Positions 27,646-41,199 of a stretch of DNA of 64,000 nt are shown in pieces. Positions within the stretch are counted from its first letter, which is position 1. Every line of letters begins with the position of its first letter. Origin of the DNA: Chiloscyllium plagiosum. Its lineage: Eukaryota. Made by a program: the position numbers and the translations under genes. The notes beneath the pieces are model-generated. The model was given only the letters and a program-made list of their open reading frames with translations. It had not been told where the DNA came from and ran no database searches. The stretch covers positions 2,931,167 to 2,995,166 of the forward strand of contig NC_057750.1 of NCBI RefSeq assembly GCF_004010195.1, written 5' to 3'.

Positions 27646-28039
27646 TTGGTAGTAAGATATCCTTTCTTAACACTTAGGATAAAGTCAGTATTTTCAAGTG
27701 AAAATGAGGATAAAAAAAGGATGGAGACTTGTAACTCATTTTGAGGATTAAGTGAAATAGACTAAATCAACAACTAAAAGCAACAATTAACTAGAGTGAA
27801 ACTGACTGCAGCATTTCAAATTTCCATATTAAATTGCATCTAAATGCTACAGTGAGCAACTACCCCAAATCACATCTTAAAACAAGATCCATCAGATGCC
27901 CTGTTTAGGTAGATAGCTCACACAAAATAGAAGAGGAATAGATGATTAATTAATGATGATGATTTAGGGTAGTGAAAGAAAATCCAACTCAAATTGTCAG
28001 AAATTATGGAATGTATAATTATCTTAAATACAGCCAGAA

Positions 28040-28641
28040 TGTTATGGACCAGACCAAACCACCTCAAAATATATGAAGCATCCATCCTAGACCCTAACTT
28101 TTTCTTATTTTAAAGGCAGGTTCCAAGTGTCTCATTCTGCATGCAATTTGATTTGTCAAACTAGCTGTCTTGGAACAAAACACACTTTATTCATACAATA
28201 TAATTAAAATACATGCAAAATAAAAATAAAATTGGCTTAACAGTAGCTCTATCAAAACGCTTAACATATTAACTACTACTACTTAGCCATTTCAAGATAG
28301 TAACATCCCATGAACACACCAATGGTAAAGCAATTTCAGTAAAACAGGTTTCTTCTTATGCAATTCTGGTAGCAGGAAGAGAACCACAGCTTTAGCTGTA
28401 ACAGAGAGGGGAAATAAGAGCTTCCCCATCCAGCTTCAAGATCCCAGCAACTGCTGCAAGCTAAACCAAAAAATCATAGTTCGATGAGAGCTTGAGCACA
28501 CCTATTCCGGCTGCTTCTATTGATAACTTTAAAAAAAAACCAAGGCCTCAAGTTGTTGACTTTATTGACTCTGGAGTAGACAGCCGGTCACCTTGGTCTC
28601 AAGTTCTTTTCATTTAAAGAAGGACAAACACAATAGTCACA
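28040..28641. mobile_element. Possible solo LTR
   Basis: Begins TGTTATGG and ends GTCACA, with tttatt (minus-strand AATAAA) inside; no TSD found. Confidence 0.3.
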
Positions 28642-29192
28642 ATGTGAAGCAAGGCACAGGATGTTGTAAGAAATACACAAACCATTAATATAATATAAAA
28701 TTAATACTGAACAGAACTGAGTGAACATCTAATTTGTGTACCAGGAAGAGTCAAACAAAATCCAATTAAATACTTGTGGGAATTTTGAAGAAATCCCTGA
28801 GCAGGGTAGTCCAACAACTTGTATTTTTAATGGAGCTTTTAAATATAGAAAAATGTCCCACGGCACTCACTAAGGCACAAGACAAATAGATGCCTGGCTA
28901 AAGGGTGGAAGATGTAGGACAGCCAACTCTGTTAACGAGAGGAGAGTTTTAAAAACAAGAATCTGAAAAAGAAGAGAATGCAGTGGAGGATGGAAGCCTG
29001 TAACTTAGGGTTAAGGTGCAACTGCCATATACCATTGAATGTAGTAGGGAAGGAGGATGGAAGGAAAAGGCATTGACAGTTTAAAGAATAAGTTGAAGGT
29101 AGTTAGAGATGGGGAGCAAATTATAAACAATTGAGTTATATATTGCATAGAGATTTCCAGCTTAATCCTTGGTTTGTCCTGAGTTAACCAAT

Positions 29193-29315
29193 GGAGAAAG
29201 TGAGGACTGCAGATGCTGGAGATCAGAGTCTGTGGTACTGGAAAAGCACAGCAGGTCAGGCAGCATCCAAGGAGCGGGAAAGTTGATGTTTTGAGCATAA
29301 GCCCTTCATCAGGAT
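29193..29315 (-). mobile_element. Solo PLE family A terminal repeat
   Basis: TSD tgagt(t/a)aaccaat at 29180-29192 and 29316-29328; hammerhead core with GAAA changed to AAAA. Confidence 0.85.
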
Positions 29316-29378
29316 TGAGTAAACCAATTTCAATCTAAGTGTGATCTTTGATTTCTCTTACCATCTAACCTTCCCCTC

Positions 29379-29835
29379 TGTTCCACTTGCTGCTCACCAC
29401 TGAAATAACTCCACAGAGGCTGGTATTCCGTCACTAAGTCACCCTTTATTTACAATTGGACAATCCTTAACACTGATCAAGTTCCCTCAGAGCCAGCTTT
29501 GAGTGATTAGAATTTCTGATACTCCTGTTTATAATCGGTCAGCCAGGACTCCCGATTGCACCACATTGATAGCCTCAATCAGGGAACTCCTGCAATGAGG
29601 TCCATCTGGCTGACCTCATTAAAATCACAACATCCCTCCCCCTCGGAGTCAGAAGACTTGGACTGTTTTTTTGTAGCTCCTCTTGGGGTATTCCAGAAGT
29701 GGGTCCTCCAACTCTGCCTCTGACACGAACACACAGTATCTTGCCTTGAGCTCCCATAGCGTCTCAGAAGAAATTCACTTTCTTCTTGAAGTGGCAAAGG
29801 CATCAAGACAGCAACATCTGCCGTGTCCATCTAAA
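29379..29835 (-). mobile_element. LTR retrotransposon (Gypsy-like) 3' remnant: internal tail, PPT and about 254-bp LTR
   Basis: On minus, polypurine GAGGGGGAGGGA (about 29633-29644) directly precedes TGTTGTG at 29632; TATAAA near 29530; AATAAA at 29445-29450; ends ...AACA at 29379. Confidence 0.6.
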
Positions 29836-30499
29836 AGTATAAAACCCACCATTTTCCCTATGTCTCCAGTTCTGAGGAAGAGATTCACGTTGGACTTGAA
29901 ACATTAACTCTTATCAACAGAGGGGAAAGGCAGGGAAGCAGGCAGCCATTACTGAAGTTACATTATTTGGGCCTCCCAACAGAGAGGGTAGCATAACAAA
30001 ATATTTGGGTACCACAATACATAACACTTATCCTTGGGACAGTATTAAAAAATGTAATGTGGCCACTGGAATCCGAGCAAGAAGCCTTCAGAATTTCTGC
30101 ATTAAAGGCAGACAGATGTCCTTTTGGATCCATTCTACCAATTGCTGTCTCACCCACCATTAAGATCCCATTCTAAAATGGTTGCGTCTCACAACACAGC
30201 TGAAAGATGTACATGGTACATGTGGGAAGTTCTGCTCATGCACTTTGAGAGACATTCTAACAGCATAACCATAGTGGCACCTAAATAAGCACAAACATTA
30301 TGAACAAACAGGGTGGAATGATGCAACTGGCAATACTGGCCAGGGGGGTGTCATCAGATATTCATTCCGAAAATAAAAGTTGCACCTGCTAACTGTGTAT
30401 GTCAAGTGCTTAAATGCTATAAAACCTTTGTGACTCATCATTAGATCACACCCTATATTCAGTTGCCGAGTTGGAATTTCCCAAACAACAGCTCATAAA

Positions 30500-30815
30500 T
30501 AATCACCTTTCAGACCTGCAACCCCTAGCCTTCCAAAGAACAAGGGCAGCAAATGCTTGGGAACACCACTATCTCCAAGATCGCTGCTGAACCCAAACAC
30601 CATCCTGCCTTGGAAACATATTGGTGCTTCATCATTGTAGCTGGGTCAAAAGCCTCAAACTTCCTCCCTAACAGCGCAGTGGGTTTATGCATACCCAAGA
30701 ATAGTAGCAGTTCAAGAAGACAGCTCATCAACACATTCGTTAGGATAATTAGGGATGAATAATAAATGCTGGGATAGTCAGTGATAACCTGTGAACACAC
30801 CCATACGAATATAAA
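30500..30815 (+). mobile_element. 3' tail fragment of the CR1/L2-group LINE seen at 8.1-9.1 kb
   Basis: Collinear with 8860-9130. Confidence 0.65.
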
Positions 30816-31574
30816 CATTTATATAACATCTTTAGTATCACAAAATGCATCAAATTGCTTTACAGGAGCATCCCCAGACGTTGGGAACAAAACCACGCAA
30901 GAAAGTAGGACAAGTGATCAAAAGATTGGTTCAAGATTTTAAGGATCGTTATTACAAGAAAAAAAAGACATAGATGTTTAGGGAGGGAATTCCAAAGCCT
31001 AGGGTTCAGCTAGCTGTAAGCATAGCTACCAACAAATGGAACGATTAACATTGGGAATACTCAACAGACTGTATGTTGATGAAGGTTATTGAAAGGGGGG
31101 GAAGCATGGTCATGGAGAGACTTGGATACAAGAATGAGATTTGTTAAATTCTGCCAGGCCATGGGTCAATATAAATCAGCAAACACAGAGTGATACTTTG
31201 AATGGGATTTGGTCGTGTTTTGGTTACAATAAAGGAAAGACACAACATATGATCCACATTAACTATATCACAAAGACCAAACACTGACTTCAGTAATTTA
31301 TCTGAACCACTGTGCACTGCCTCGGTATGGCAAATGTCCTGTACACAAGCGAACTGCATGCATACCTTGAATAAGCCACTCAAACAGGATGTACAGTAGC
31401 TGGTCTCTATAACTACACAGAATGCAGAAGCACTGGAAAAAATGCAAAATAATATTTACAAGCATAATACGGTATTGATAGATTGGAACACAAAGTCTGA
31501 CCAGGCTGGGATGACTTTCACACAAACAGCAAATGCTGAGAGGTGACCTAATAGAGGCCTTGCAAAATTATTGA

Positions 31575-32175
31575 AGGAATTGGTGTCGTGAAGATGGAGG
31601 GAGCTGGAGCTTTTCTCATGGGAGCGAAGGAGGATGAGAAGTACAAGACGATGAGAGGCAAAGATAGAGAGGATAGCCAGAGACTTTTTCCCATTGACAA
31701 GCTGGTTCAGTGTGCTACGTGCTTGATGTGGGAGGTCAACGACTCTGGTGTGTCTGGCCCTATAAGTGTGGAAAGTGTGTGCACGTTCAGCTACTGACAG
31801 AGCACATTGCAGCACTGATGAAAGAACTCGAGGACCTTAGGCTCATCCGAGAGAACGAGATCTTTCTGGACAAGACTTTCAGCGAGGTTATTACACCGAC
31901 CATACCAGAAAAGAGCAGAAGAGAGTAGACGATGAGGAAGGCAGAGAGGAGACAGGTGCAAGAGACCCCGGGGGAAGTACCTGTCAGGAACAAGTTGAAT
32001 CTTTTGGAAACAATAGAGACAAATGACACTGCCAGTCCGCGAGGCAACCAGGTCTGTCAATCAAAAGTTGGCGTGGAGACAGAGCGGAAGAGTCGGACAA
32101 CGCACAGAGCCGTGGTAATAGGGGACTCCATAGTGAGAGGAACTGACCGGGGTTTTTGTGGCAGCAGGCGGGAGA
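31575..32175 (+). mobile_element. CR1 ORF1 fragment (Cys knuckle, coiled coil, start of SGNH esterase), frameshifted
   Basis: LVQCATCLMWE...CGKCVHVQLLTEHIAALMKELEDLRLIRENE...VPVRNKLNLLE...AVVIGDSIVRGTDRGFCG split over three ORFs. Confidence 0.8.
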
Positions 32176-34876
32176 ATTTACCCTGGTACCTAATTCATCG
32201 GATGTACTTTATTCAGTGGTGCAGCTCAGTCTCTGAATTGTGAAATTTAATTTTAAAAGTCTTGTTTTTAAAGGTTTATGCCATTTTTCATTTCATCTTC
32301 ATGCATTATTTAGCAGAGGCTACCTTCTGATGGTAAAAACTGGTCTCGACTCTCCACGATAAATGAATATATTTGGCTTGCTTTTAGTTTTGTAACACAA
32401 GAGGTGGTTCCAAATGATGTGAGAGCAGACTGAGACCAGTTACAGAAAACCAATACCAGCATGCAGTGTAAGAAAAGGACGCCATTCACCCTTTGAGCTT
32501 GTTCCCACATTCAATTATTTCATAAGTAATCTGTATCTTAATTCCACATTTCCCAAATTTGGCTTCATCGCCCTTATTAGTTGAGCCAAATTAATAGCCT
32601 ATTAATTTCAGCTTTAAACCTTCAATTGACTAATTTTGGAGGATCAGTGTTTCAGATTTCCATTAACTTTCACACGCAGAAATATTTTCTCTCAACCCTG
32701 AACAGCCCAGTCCTAAATTTAAAAATGTTTTCCCTTATTCTTGATTCTTTTCACCAGAGGAAATGATTTTCTCTACCATCCTTATCAAATCTGTCAATCA
32801 CCCTGAGCACCTTAATTTCATCATCCTTTAATCTTTAAAGAAATGAAACCCAGTCCATTCAATGGGTCTCCATTACTTTTGTGTGTCACAATACTATTGA
32901 TGCAGCAGTCTAAAGAACCAAAGAGACAAGGAGGATATTTTTAAGAGAAAGACAGAAACACTTATATTACATGTTTCATCGCTACTAGCAACCGCAAATC
33001 CCTTTAGAGCCAATAAAGTATTTTTGAAGTGTAGTCAATGTTACAATGTAGCATACATAACAGTTATTTTACCCAAAGCAAATACTCATAAACAGCAATT
33101 TGATTATGGCCAGATAACATTTGCTTGTGAATGATGTATTATATGAAGTAATGGTGCTGAATGGGTTAATGCCCAAATTATGTTGGCTCCAGAATTCCAT
33201 CAAATTTTCTTCCCAGCTGTGTGGGATTTCTGGATCTGAAAGTCAATGTCACGATTGGTGGGCTGATACCTATCGCCATGTGTGAAAGCTTAGAGCAACT
33301 GCAACTGTGCAACTGAGAGGGAACATTGATTGGCTCCATCCTTTCTACTGATGTTGCACATAATATTTTGGATGGAGTTTGGAAGTTTAATTCTCATTCC
33401 TACAGAGAGTAGTTGTACCCGCTATCTAAGGTCCTAATCATTATGCCTGAGCAAATCTACTTGTATTTATTGTATGCAGAACATAGAAGTTATAACAGCG
33501 TTTATTGCTATTGTGAAATAAACCTTCTTGTTATCTCATACCAAACAATATCCTCTTGCATCTGAGACAATGTAGTATCATCTTGCATTATTCACTCGGT
33601 AAGACTAAGACGAAACAAAGGATGATTGATGGCAGTGAACTATATCAAACAACCCTTAGCCAGTACTGGGTAGAGTTACCAAACACCACAGGTGCTAGGA
33701 GTGGTTATCAGGGAAAATACCACATGATATTTATCAAGGATTACACATAGGCCAGGGCACCAGGGTTAATGCATGTCCTTGAACTGTTATAGGTAAATCT
33801 TTCACACATCCATGAATCTGAAGTTAGGGCTTTGCACTTAGTATTGCACTTAAGTATCAACCTTACATACTTGTTCGAACCCTGCAGGGTTTCAGAGACA
33901 AGAGTGCTACTGACTGAGCTGTGATTGATTGACACCAACACAGCAACTCATTTGAATTTGGAATACACTTCCTGGGTTGGTGAAAACAGATTTGATTGTC
34001 ACTTTCAAAAGGAAATTGGAAGTATCCTTCAGAAAAGAAAGCTTTCGGGGTTGTGAGATAAAAGCCAAGGTTTGAGGGGAAGGAGATATTTGTTGTAGAA
34101 TTCCCATACAGAACTGATACAGATATACTGGGTCAAATAGACTCCTTGCATACTTTCCATCTTGCTACAGTTAATGGCCTGAATGCTACATTCAGTGAAT
34201 ATTGTCTAAAGAGGATCAAAATTGTGAGTTCTTGAAAAGGTACTTATCTATCAGTAATTTTAATGGCAATGCTCACATGGTGAAGAATACATTCTCTTCA
34301 TCCAATTGTTCCTATTAAGCAAATACCATTAGAAGCACAGTGTGAACTAATCCCACTTGGCAGTCATATGTCCTCTGAATGCACAAGGTCTAAAATCATT
34401 AACCCATCTCTAACAGCAGGTTTTCATTAGACACTAAGTGGTTATAAAATTGGGAGCAATGCATTTCTTTAGGACTGAATCAATTGTACAGTAACAGCAG
34501 GGGTTTATGGAAAGATTTACTCAATTATGAGTGTTACCTCATCTGGTTATGAAACGTGGAGCCAGCACTTCTTATTAATGTCGTAGCACTGGAATGAAAC
34601 ACTGATTGTCACACTACTTTCAAATCTTTCATTTAATTGCTCATCTAATTGTATGCCCCAAGTACTTCCACACTGATTAATTGATTACAGTCATTTGCAT
34701 CATTATTGCTTCAACTCTCAATTCCCACCTGCTTATTGAGAAGAAAGGGAAAGTTGTCTGTACTTTTGACTTCCGCCAATCACTCTTCACCACATTGTCC
34801 CCTCTGGTGTTATACTTTGTAAGCTTTGATCACTTGATTCTTTGTTGTAGAACTGTGAATGTTGCCACATCAGCTA

Positions 34877-35295
34877 GGGTGGCACAGTGGCTCAGTAGTT
34901 AGCACTCACAGTGCCAGGGACCCGGGTTTGATTCCTGCCTCAGGTGACTGCCTATGTGGAGTTGGCACATTCTCCCCAGATCGGCGTAGGTTTCCTCTGG
35001 AGCACCCGGAGAACATTCAGAAATGTGCAGATTAAGTAGATTGGCCATGCTAAATTGTCCATAGTGTTCAGGGACGAGTAGGTCAGGTGCATTGATGAAG
35101 AGCTCATGCTCGAAACATCAATTCTCCTGCTTCTCAGATGCTGCCTGACCGACTGTGCTTTTCCAGCACCACATTCTCAGCAGTAATCAGGGGTACATGA
35201 AGGGGAATGGGCCCTGGGTGGGTTACAGTTCAGAGGGTCGGTGTGGAATTGCTGGGCCAAATGGCTTGTTTCCACATGGTAGGGATTCTGTTCTA
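34877..35295 (+). mobile_element. HE1-type SINE interrupted by a PLE family A fragment (about 35093-35182)
   Basis: SINE head, body and tail with an inserted tgatgaagagctcatgctcgaaac...ccagcaccac. Confidence 0.8.
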
Positions 35296-35440
35296 AGGCT
35301 GCCCAATTAAATTGAAATCACCTCCACCAATTGATCTGATTTGATTTATTATTGTCACATGTACTGAGATACAGTGAAAAGTATTGTTTTGTGTGCTAAC
35401 CAGACAAATCATACTTACATAAGTATATCTGGGTAATAAG

Positions 35441-35935
35441 GGAGTGCAGCGTAGGTTCACGAGGTCAATTTCTGGAATGGTGGGATTACCTTACACTGAA
35501 AGACTGGAGCGACTGGGCTTGTGTACCCTTGAGTTTAGAAGACTGAGAGGGGATCTGGTTGAGACATATAAGATGATCAAAGGATTGGACACTCTGGCGG
35601 CAGGCAACATGTTTCCGCTGCGGGGTGAGTGCCGAAACAGAGGACACAGCTTAAAAATACGGGGTAGACCATTTAGGACAGAGATGAGGAGAAACTTCTT
35701 CACCCTGAGAGTGGTGGCTGTGTGGAATGCTCTGCCCCAGAGGGCAGTGGAGGCCCAGTCTCTGGATTCATTTAAGAAAGAGTTGGATAGAGCTCTCAAG
35801 GATAGTGGAATCAAGGGTTATGGAGATAAGGCAGGAACAGGATACTGATTAAGGATGATCAGCCATGATCATATTGAATGGTGGTGCAGGCTCGAAGGGC
35901 AGAATGGCCTACTCCTGCACCTACTGTATTGTCTG
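35441..35935 (+). mobile_element. Young CR1 3' fragment of a second subfamily
   Basis: Uninterrupted 134-codon ORF2 C-terminus QRRFTR...LEFRRLRGDLVETYK...RGH...RRNFFTLRVVAVWNALP; tail ggcctactcctgcacc. Confidence 0.9.
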
Positions 35936-36372
35936 TTACGGAAATAGCTATCAGGAGGTGGTATAATTTTCAAGTGATTGTGTAAAAGTGATGGATGCAT
36001 GGAACGCACTGCCAGCAGTGGTAGTAGAATCAGATACATCAGGGACAGTTAAGCGATTCTTGGATCAGCACATGGAAAATAGTACAATGAAGAGTATTTA
36101 GGTTAGTCTGATCTTAGAGTAGGATAAAAAGACAGCACAACATGGAGGGCTGAAGGACCTGTACTGTGCTGTACTGCTCTATGTTCAATATCTTAAGATG
36201 CTGCCAACATGTTGGGGGTTTCCAAATTAGGCATAAATCCAACAGGTAACACAAGCAAAAGTGTTCTTTTTTCCAATTCATTCATGGGATATGGGTGCCT
36301 TGGCTAGGCAAGCATTTATTGTCACTCTAACTGTCTAGTAGAAGACGCTGGTGAGCTGCTTTCTTAAACTGC

Positions 36373-37911
36373 ATTGAAAATCACACAACACCAGGTTACA
36401 GTCCAACAGGTTTATGTGGAAGCACTAGCTGTCAGAGTGCTGCTCCTTCATCAGGTAGCAGTGAAGCAGGAGCATAACACACAGAATTTATAGCAAAAGA
36501 TCAGTGTCATGCAACTGAAGCGATATATTGATCAAACCTAGATTGCTGTTAAGTCTTTCATCTTTTAGAATGGGTTGCAGGTTTCAGTTCATTAATATGT
36601 AAATCCCGGAATTACTTTTAAGTCACATTCTTGAGATAACTTAAGGTTTGATATAAAAAGGTGACATCTCAGCACAGACAGTGTATTAAAAGTGTGAGAT
36701 TAGAGTGCGCCTGTTTCCCCATGTTGATTGAGGTTGCCCCATGGTTCTATTTCCAAAGTAGGAATTTATAAGATGTTACATAGATTGACTGTCTGCAGAT
36801 TGTGCTTTTTGAGCAAAATAGAATGTGCCTGAAAGGCAAATTCACTCCATAGACTTGCGTGCGCGCAGGGGGAGGGGGAGGGACAGGGAATGTGTGTGCG
36901 CGCATGAGTGTGAGTGGGCGTGAGGGAGCATGTGTTTGCGTGCTTGGTAGAGTGTGTGCATGAGTGTGACAGAGTATAGACCTGAGACAGGCTGTGTGAA
37001 TGGGTGAGAGTGTGGGGAATATATGCGCGTGTATGTCTGAGAGAGCACATATATCCTCCAAGAAGCACTTAGGGATATGCTACAATGCAGAATGGCCAAG
37101 CAGAGGCTGATAGCCAAGTTCAGTACCCATGAGGATGGCATCAACCAGGACCTTGGATTCTTGGCACACTGCAGGTGACACCACTATACTATACACCTAC
37201 AAGCACATATACAGACACACTCTTACGCTCATGCAGACCCCCTCTCATACAAATGCTCTCAGACACACATACATACAACCCCCACACTCTCGCACACACC
37301 CTCTCAAAGGCTTGTACTCCGCCACACACACTCTACCAAGCATGCACACAAACACACTCTCTCATGCCCACTCTCACTCCCTCCCTCCCTCCCTCACATG
37401 CATGGACACAGACATTGAAGTCTATGGGGTGAATGTGCATTTGCACAATTATATTTGCAGATACATTCTATTTTGCTCAAAAAAAAACACAACCTGCAGG
37501 CAGTCAATCCATGTAACATTTTATACGTTCCTACTTTGGAAACAGAACCAGTCTGACTCAAGATTGGGATATAGACAAACTCTAACCTCACACCTTTAAT
37601 GCATTGTCTGAGCTGAGATGTCACTTTTTAAAAAAATAAAGGAAGTGACTTAAAAGAAGTTATGGGATTTATATATTAATGAATTGAAACCTACAGCCCA
37701 TTCTAAAAGATGAAAGACTTGACAGCAATCTAGATTTGTTCAATATACTGTTTTAATTGCCTGACACTGATCTTTTGCTACAAATTCTGCGTCTTACGAT
37801 CCTGTCCTGCTGGTTTCTGATGAAGGAGCAGTGGTCTAAAGGCTAGTGCTTCCAAATAAACCTGTTGGACTATAACCTGGTGCTGTGTGATTTTGAACAT
37901 TGTCCACACCA
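36373..37911. mobile_element. About 1.5-kb fold-back PLE family B element
   Basis: Inverted arms about 36377-37048 and 37254-37895; spacer holds a decayed GIY-YIG C-terminus (QRLIAKFSTHEDGINQDLGFL); exact TSD ttcttaaactgc at 36361-36372 and 37912-37923. Confidence 0.88.
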
Positions 37912-39974
37912 TTCTTAAACTGCTGTAGTCTCAGGAACACACAACAGTGTTGCTTGGAAGTGAGTTCCAAGCTTTTGACCCAGCAAAAGTGAAGGAATAG
38001 CAGCAAGACAGGAGGATGCACAACTTGGAGGTGAACTTGTAGGTGTGTGCGCTAAGAGTGTTGAAACTTTTGCCTGACAAAGGGAGCAATGGAGGGTAAA
38101 ATGTCAGATATATTTAAGAGGAAACTTAATAAATGTGAGGGAGAAAACAAGAAGAGATGTTGACTGGGTATGATGAGGAAGGGTAGGAGAAGCTGGTATG
38201 GAGAATAAATGGCAGAGTAGACCTGTAGGGCTTATAATTATTGCACTATACATATTATGTAACCGGAACCCCACAGAGCAGAGAATCCACTGAACACGAT
38301 GACCTGATCAGAACTCCAAACAATGCAAGAGGAATACACTACCTGACAAGTCTTTGCAATATAAATACAAGAGTCAATCTTAATTCCATTATAAAGTTTA
38401 TCTGCTAAGTCACTTCATTTAAAAAAAAGTCAAAATATTAATACTTCACTACCTTCAGCAATTTATGGACCTCACCCAATTATTCTCATTAAAAAGTGAC
38501 TTTCTGCACGGTGAATCAAATCATTGTTCAAGTTAATATTTGCTGTAAATAAATTATTTCAGTAGTTGGATAATCTGGTAGAGTAATGTTCTGTAACAAA
38601 GTGCTTTAAGACTTACCTTCTTTAAAAAAAAGGTATGAGTCCTGAGACAGCAACTCTTGTGTCCAACTATTTAGATTTGTTGACTGCGCTACTCTTTGAA
38701 ATTGTAGTTCTCCGAAATAAATTTGTCTTTAATGAAAAGTCACCAACCTGAAAAGCTAACTACTTGCTCAACATTGCCTATGTTTTCTGTTATTGTTTTG
38801 CAGTGACTGCTCTTGAACTGTGAACATTAAATCATCAATTTTGGGCTGGTTTTCCCCCAAGTAAATCAATGACAGTGGCCTCAGCAAATCCCCACCTGAA
38901 CTTATAATGCTGTGAAGCATCTACAAGCTGCAGAAACCTTGAGGGAGTCTCTGCGTGTAACAAAATTTCCATAATTCAGTAGCTGAACAGCAGCCAGGAG
39001 TGGCTGAATTCATGAACAGGGAAGCATCTCTAGACTCTAGGGGGAACAGTGTTATCAGGTTAAAAATAAACTGTAGCACATTCTAAATTCAAAGAAGCTG
39101 AAACAAGTATGCCTGCCAAAGTAACACATTTCATACAAATACACAGACTGCTATTTAAAGTAGGTGAAGGAAAGGGTGAAAGGGATTCCCTAGTGATTAG
39201 GGTAGTATGTGAGCTACAGAAAAGAGAATGTCTGCCTCCATCACCTGTCTGCAACGTCAAAAATCAAATGACGTCAGGTCATAGTGTAACAGGTTTATTT
39301 GAATTCAAGCTTTTGGAGCACTGCTCCTTCCTCAGTCCAACTCCAGCATCTCCACATCATACCTGCGATGGGCCTCCTTGGCTCCGCAGAATCACAATAA
39401 AGGATCACACTGGCCTCAAAGCAGAAGAGTAAGTGAAAAATCAATAAAGTCTTCGGCCCTCAAATCTGCCCTCTCTTGCCTCTGTGTTACACTTTACATC
39501 CCTACAGCTCTTTATCCACTAATGACAGAGGTGTGCATTCATAAGCATCAGATTCAGAATGAGCTGTGAGGCCTCTGACAGTTGAATAGTTTGCAGTACT
39601 TATCTGGTCTATCTGGCGCGATATCACAGAGAGACATGGACAGAAGCACGGATGGGGGAAATAGAGGAGCTGAGGTTGGGAAATATTAAAGAAACAGCAC
39701 ACAGGCAAGGTTATTGAACAGAATGGCAAGCTAATTGGGGATCATAGGAGATTAAGTGTGCATTCTAAGGAATTCATTAAAGTACTAATAGGCCAAGGGC
39801 AGGGAAATGTTTTATAAGGTGAAAGACTTTCATGGAGAAAAATCATTCCTTTTGGCAAGTGGCAAGTCACCAGAGATCTTAGATTCAAAACCCACTGGTG
39901 AAGAGATCTCAAAGAGAGACTAGGGAAGTTTTTTTAGCTCAGAGTTGTCAAACTCTAGAATGCTGAAAGGTGGT

Positions 39975-40298
39975 GGAAGCATAATGGCTCAGTGGTTAAC
40001 ACTGCTGCCTCACAGAGCCAGGGACCTGGGTTCACTTCCAACCTCTGGCGATTGCCTGTGTGGAGTTTGCACTCTCCCCCAATGTCTGCATGGGTTTCCT
40101 CCCACAATCAAAGGATGTGCAGTTTAGGAGAATTGGCGATACTAAATTGTCCCATAGTGTTCAGTGACGTGTAGGTTGGATGCATTAGTTAGGGGTAAAT
40201 ATAGGGTAAGGGAATGGGTCTGGGTGGATTACTCTTTGGAGGGTCAGTGTGGACTTGTTGGGCTGAAGGGCCTGTTTCCACACTGGAGGGATTCTAGG
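39975..40298 (+). mobile_element. HE1-type SINE
   Basis: tggctcagtggttaacactgctgcctcacag head through the gggcctgtttccacactg tail. Confidence 0.85.
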
Positions 40299-41199
40299 AT
40301 AGCCAGGTCATGGCATGGGAACGAGAGCCAGTACAGGCCACTACGGGCCGAATTGAACCCTCTGTGCTGCAAGACTCAGCAGTTCTATGAAAGGTTAAAT
40401 GAACAAGGCAACAGATTGGTAATTTATAAAAGCTTGTAAGAAGATTACACAGGATAAAACCAAAGCTGGGAAGACACACCAATTTGAGGAACAAGAAGAA
40501 TAATGAAATAATGCTCTGGGACCGTCTGATAAAGAAAGAACTTCCAAATTTAAAGTTTCATTCAAAGCAGAGCACCTTCGGGAATATAGTACTTCCTTGG
40601 TTAACTATAACTGTGCTCAACCCGAAACCTTTTGACTCAGAGATGAGCGGGCTGCCCTTTAAGAAGCTTCAGCCGCCAGCAATGTACAGCAGAGGTGCTG
40701 TACACACCTCTTGTGAGGACATCAGCATTTTTAGCGCAAGTGGTCAATTCAGTAACAATATGTAACATACCAAACTAAGTTTTGGTTTATTTCAGTAATA
40801 TGGCTCGCTCCACTCAAATGGTTGCTGCTCCCTGGCCTCTTCCTTGAAGGAGGTCACTGAAGTGGAGATTCTCTCTGATTCAGTGGCTTAACTCTCTATG
40901 GAAAACAGCCCAGAAAATCATTTACGCAGAGGCTAAACTGCCAGGAACGGTTTAAAAGCTAATCCCCGTGACTGGCCTCCTGCCAATAATCATCCAACAA
41001 CACCCCCTACTCCTTTATCAGAGGCTGTTTTAACATCTCATTTGGAAAACAGAGGCCCTATCTGTTGATTCGGATGTGTGCAAGAGGTCATATGCCACTC
41101 TTCCAACAAGCAAGGGAGTTCTCCCAATGCCTCAGCCGAGAGTCATACCTCAACTGACACCTAAAGATAATCAACCAGCTCACTATCACACAAAAGACC

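Noticed and set aside
33136..33548. Possible solo LTR (also about 61960-62614)
   Set aside because: AATAAA and a CA end are present, but no clear start or TSD.
36747..37599. His/Thr-rich ORFs
   Set aside because: Translation of the CA-rich PLE 3'UTR.
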